This document shows positions 59,615-64,000 of a stretch of 64,000 bases of DNA, piece after piece. The notes beneath the pieces are model-generated. The model worked only from the letters and a program-made list of their open reading frames with translations, made no database searches and had not been told where the DNA came from. Within the stretch, counting starts at the first letter, position 1; the number at the start of each line of letters is the position of its first letter. The stretch is from positions 89,259,691 to 89,323,690 of the forward strand of contig NC_090387.1 of the NCBI RefSeq assembly GCF_036365525.1, written 5' to 3'. The position numbers and the translations under genes are program-made. The stretch is from Heterodontus francisci. Its lineage: Eukaryota.

Positions 59615-59864
59615 TGATCAGCGATAGTGCGAGCCAGGGGGCAGCTGGGAAGGTAAGTTTCAGTATAAAGTACTTACCTCGCTATTAGGCAGCTTCTTTT
59701 TGATCAGCGATAGTGCGAGCCAGGGGGCAGCTGGGAAGGTAAATTTCAGTATAAGGTACTTGGCTCGCGATTCGGCAGCTTCTTTTTGATCAGCGATAGT
59801 GCGAGCCAGGGGGCAGATGGGAAGGTAAGTTTCAGTATAAAGTACGTACCTCACGATTCGGCGG
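59615..59864 (+). repeat. 86-bp tandem monomers (about 2.9 copies) at the CR1 5' end
   Basis: tgatcagcgatagtgcgagccagggggcag starts at 59615, 59701 and 59787. Confidence 0.92.
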
Positions 59865-62800
59865 ACATGGGGACTGCTGGGTAAGTAAACTTATATATTC
59901 AGGCAGTGGCTAAACCCGAAACACTACACGTGTAGTGTCTCCCACCCATCCTCCTCCTCCAACCAAAAAAAAGGACTCTTGTGTGGAGGGTGTGGTAAGG
60001 TAAGGTATTACTTTATTTATTTATTCTTTAATCTCTGTTGTCAATTTAGAGCAGAGGGGATGGAAGCTAGGGCAGTTGCATGCTCCTCTTGCAGGGTGTG
60101 GGAGGTAAGGGTCACCACTTGTGTCCCTGCTGACTTCACCTGTGAGAAGTGCACCCAACTCCAGCTCCTCACAGACTGCGTTAGGGAACTGGAGCTGGAT
60201 GAACTTCGTTCAGATCATTCAGGAGGCTGAGGGTGTGATAGAGAGCAGTTATAGGGAAGTAGTGACACCTAAGTTACAGGATAAAGGTAGCTGGGTGACC
60301 GTCAGGGGAGTGAAAGGGAATAGGCGGACAGTGCAGGGATCCCCTGTGGCCGTTCCCCTCAATAATAAGTATACCGTTTTGGATACGGTTGGGGGGGAGG
60401 GAACCTACCAGGGGAAAGCCACAGCGGCCAGGTCTCTGGCACTGAGCCTGGCTCAGTGGCTCAGAAGGGAAGGGGGGAGAATAGGAGAGCGATAGTGAGA
60501 GGAGATTCAATGGTTAGAGGAACAGACAGGAGATTCTGTGGTCGGGAACGAGACTCCCAGATGGTATGTTGCCTCCCAGGTGCCAGGGTCAGGGATGTCT
60601 CGGATCGAGTCAACAGGATTCTTAAGGGGGAGGGGGAGCAGCCAGAATTCGTGGGACACATCAGTACCAATGACATAGCTAGGAAAAGGGATGAGGACCT
60701 GAAAAGCGAATATAGGGAGTTAGGTTGGAAGCTAAAAGGCAGGACGAGCAGAGTAGTAATCTCAGGATTGATACCGTTGCCACGTGCTAGTGAGGCTAGA
60801 AACAGGGAGCGAGTGCAGCTGACCACGTGGCTACAGAGCTGGTGCAGGAGGGAGGGCTTCAGATATGTGGATCATTGGGATACCTTCTGGGGAAGGTGGG
60901 ACCTGTACAAGAAGGACGGGTTGCATCTGAACTGGAGGGGCACCAATATCCTGGGCAAGAGGTTTGCTAGAGCTCTTCGGGAGGGTTTAAACTAGTTTGG
61001 CAGGGGGATGGGAACCGGAGCTACGGATCAGTGGATGGGGTAGCTGTTCAACAGGCAGATACAGAGTGCAGAGAATCTGTGAGGAAGGTTAGACAGTTGA
61101 CAGGGTAAAGTTGCTGCCAGTATGATGGGTTGAAGTGTGCCTATTTTAACGCAAGAAGTGTCAGGAATAAGGGTGATGAACTTAGAGCATGGATCAGTAC
61201 TTGGAGCTACAATGTTGTGGCCATTACAGAGACTTGGATATCACAGGGGCAGGAATGGATGTTGGATGTTCCGGGGTTTAGATGTTTCAAAAGGAATAGG
61301 GAGGGAGGTAAAAGAGGTGGGGGAGTGGCATTGCTAATCAGGGATAGTATCACAGCTGCAGAAAGGGAGGTCGTCGAGGAGGTTTTGTCCACTGAGTCAT
61401 TATGGGTGGAAATCAGAAACAGGAAAGAAGCAGTGACTTTATTGGGAGTTTTCGATAGAACCCCCAATAGCAACAGAGACACGGAGGAGCAGATTGGGAG
61501 GCAGATTTTGGAAAGGTGCAGAAGTAACAGGGTTGTTGTCATGGGTGACTTCAACTTCCCTAATATTGATTGGAACCTCCTTAGTGCAAATAGTTTGGAT
61601 GGAGCAGTTTTTGTCAGGTGTGTCCAGGAAGGTTTCCTGATTCAAAATGTAGATAGGCCGACTAGAGGGGAGGCTATGTTGGACTTGGTGCTTGACAACG
61701 AACCAGGCCAGGTGGCACATCTCTCGGTGGAAGAGCATTTTGGCGATAGTGTTCACAACTCCCTGACCTTTACAATAGTCATGGAGAGAGACAGGAGCAG
61801 ATGGGATGGGAAAATATTTAATTGGAGGAGGAGGTAATTACAATGCTATTAGGCAGGAACTGGGGAGCATTAATTGGGAACAGATGTCCTCAGGGAAATG
61901 CACAACAGAAATGTGGAGATTGTTGAGGGAGCACTTGCTGCGACTGCTGGATAGGTTTGTCCCGATGAGGCAAGGAAGGGATGGTAGGGTGAAGGAACCT
62001 TGGATGACAAGAGATGTGGAACAGCTAGTCAAGAGGAAGAAGGAAGCTTACTGAAGGTTGAGGAAGCAAGGATCAGACAGGGCGCTAGAGGGTTACAAGG
62101 TAGCCAGGAAGGAACTGTAAAATGGACTTAGGAGAGCTCGAAGGGGACATGAAAAAGTCTTGGCGGGTAGGATTAAGGAAAATCCCAAGGCGTTCTACAC
62201 ATATGTGAGGAACAAGAGGATGGCCAGAGTGAGAGTAGGGCCGATCAGGGATAGTGGAGGGAACTTGTGCCTGGAGTCGGAGGAGGTCCTAAATGAATAC
62301 TTTGCTTTAGTATTCACTAGTGAGAGGGACCTGGTCGTTTGTGAGGACAGCGTGAAACAGGCTGATATGCTCGAACAGTTTGACGTTAAGAGGGAGGATG
62401 TGCTGGAAATTGTGAATGACATAAGGACAGATAAGTCCCCAGGGCCAGACGGGATATACCTAAGGATATTACGGGAAGCGAGGGAAGAGATTGCCGCGCC
62501 TTTGCTGATGATCTTTGCATCCTCAATGTCCACTGGAGTAGTACTGGATGATTGGAGGGTGGCAAATGTTATTCCATTGTTCAAGAAAGGGAATAGGGAT
62601 AACCCTGGGAATTATAGACCAGTCAGTCTTACGTCGGTAGTGGGCAAATTATTGGAGAGGATTCTGAGAGACAGGATTTATGATTATTTGGAAAAGCATA
62701 GTTTGACTAGAGACAGCCAGCATGGCTTTGTGAGGGGCAGGTCATGCCTCACAAGCCTTATTGAATTCTTTGAAGATGTGACAAAACACGTTGATGAAGG

Positions 62801-64000
62801 AAGAGCAGTGGATGTGGTGTATATGGATTTTAGCAAGGCGTTTGATAAGGTTCCCCATGGTAGGCTCATTCAGAACGTAAGGAGGCATGGGATACAGGGA
62901 AATGTGGCTGTCTGGATACAGAATTGGCTGGCCCAGAGAAGACAGAGGGTGGTAGTAGATGGAAAGTATTCAGCCTGGAGCTCGGTGATCACTGGTGTTC
63001 CACAGGGAACTGCTCTGGGACCTCTGCTCTTTGTGATTTTTATAAATGACTTGGCTGAGGAAGTGGACGGCTAGGTTAGCAAGTTTGCCGATGACACGAA
63101 GATTGCTGGAGTTCTGGATAGTGTGGAAGGCTGTTGTAGGTTGCAACGGGGTTGACAGGATGCAGAGCTGGGCTGAGAAGTGGCAGATGGAGTTCAACCT
63201 GAAAAAGTGTGAAGTGATTCATTTTGGAAGGTCGAATTTGAATGCAGAATACAGGCTTAAAGACAGGATTCTTGGTAGTGTGGAGGAACAGAGGGATCTT
63301 GGGTTCCATGTCCATAGATCACTCAAAGTTGCCACCCAAGTTGATAGGGTTGTTAAGAAGGCGTATGGTGTGTTGGCTTTCATTAACAGGGGGATTGAGT
63401 TTAAGAGCCGCGAGGTTATGCTGCAGCTCTGTAAAGCCCTGGTTAGACCACACTTGGAATATTGTGTTCAGTTCTGGTCGCCTCATTATAGGAAGGATGT
63501 GGAAGCTTTAGAGAGGGTGCAGAGGAGATTTACCAGGATGCTGCCTGGACTGGAGGGCATGTCCTATGAAGAAAGGTTGAGGGAGCTATGGCTTTTCTCA
63601 TTGGAGCGAAGAAGGATGAGAGGTGACTTGATAGAGGGGTACAAGATGATGAGAGGCATAGATAGAGTGGGTAGCCAGAGACTTTTTCCCAGGGCGGAAA
63701 TGGCTATCACCAGGGGGCATAATTTTAAGGTGATTGGAGGAAGGTTTCGGGGAGATGTCAGAGGTAGTTTCTTTACACAGAGAGTGGTGGGTGCGTGGAA
63801 TGCACTGCCAGCGGTGGTAGTAGAAGCAGATACATTAGGGACAGTTAAGCGTCTCTTGGATAGATACATGGATGATAGTAGAATGAAGGGTATGTAGGTA
63901 GTTTGATCTTAGAGTAGGTTAAAGGTTCGGCACAACTTCGTGGGCCGAAGGGCCTGTACTGTGCTGTACTGTTCTATGTTCTATGTTCTTTGTTCTATTT
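59615..64000 (+). mobile_element. Full-length young CR1 LINE (frameshifted ORF1, ORF2 with few disruptions)
   Basis: ZnF CSSC, esterase ORF 60456..60995, APE 61130..61837, RT 62160..63897 and TTCTATG tail. Same subfamily as 21931-25763 and 28292-30190. Confidence 0.95.

Noticed and set aside
59615-59864. Regularly spaced repeats resembling a CRISPR array
   Set aside because: The whole 86-bp unit repeats with no unique spacers, there are no cas genes, and the context is a vertebrate LINE 5' UTR.

Overview
Eukaryotic, retroelement-saturated DNA, most likely from a cartilaginous fish. The shark inference rests on HE1-type V-SINEs, Deu-domain SINEs, CR1 LINEs with zinc-finger/esterase ORF1 and Penelope-like elements. 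Most of the window is nested non-LTR retrotransposons: several CR1 subfamilies, a second APE-RT LINE family ('family B', my working label) that appears to carry a tRNA-like head and no ORF1, an RTE LINE with a twin-priming-type 5' inversion, Penelope/GIY-YIG fragments and SINEs. One host gene can be assembled by hand on the minus strand (40010->30607). It has six coding exons, GT-AG introns throughout, consistent phases, and 1011 nt encoding 336 aa. The product is a type I Ig-superfamily receptor: leader, germline-joined VJ domain, C1-set domain, uncharged TM, and a cytoplasmic ITIM (LTYAAL) plus ITSM (TEYAQV). It looks like a non-rearranging antigen-receptor-like inhibitory receptor of the SIRP/NKp30/PRARP class. 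TE boundaries are by eye and approximate unless a target-site duplication is given.
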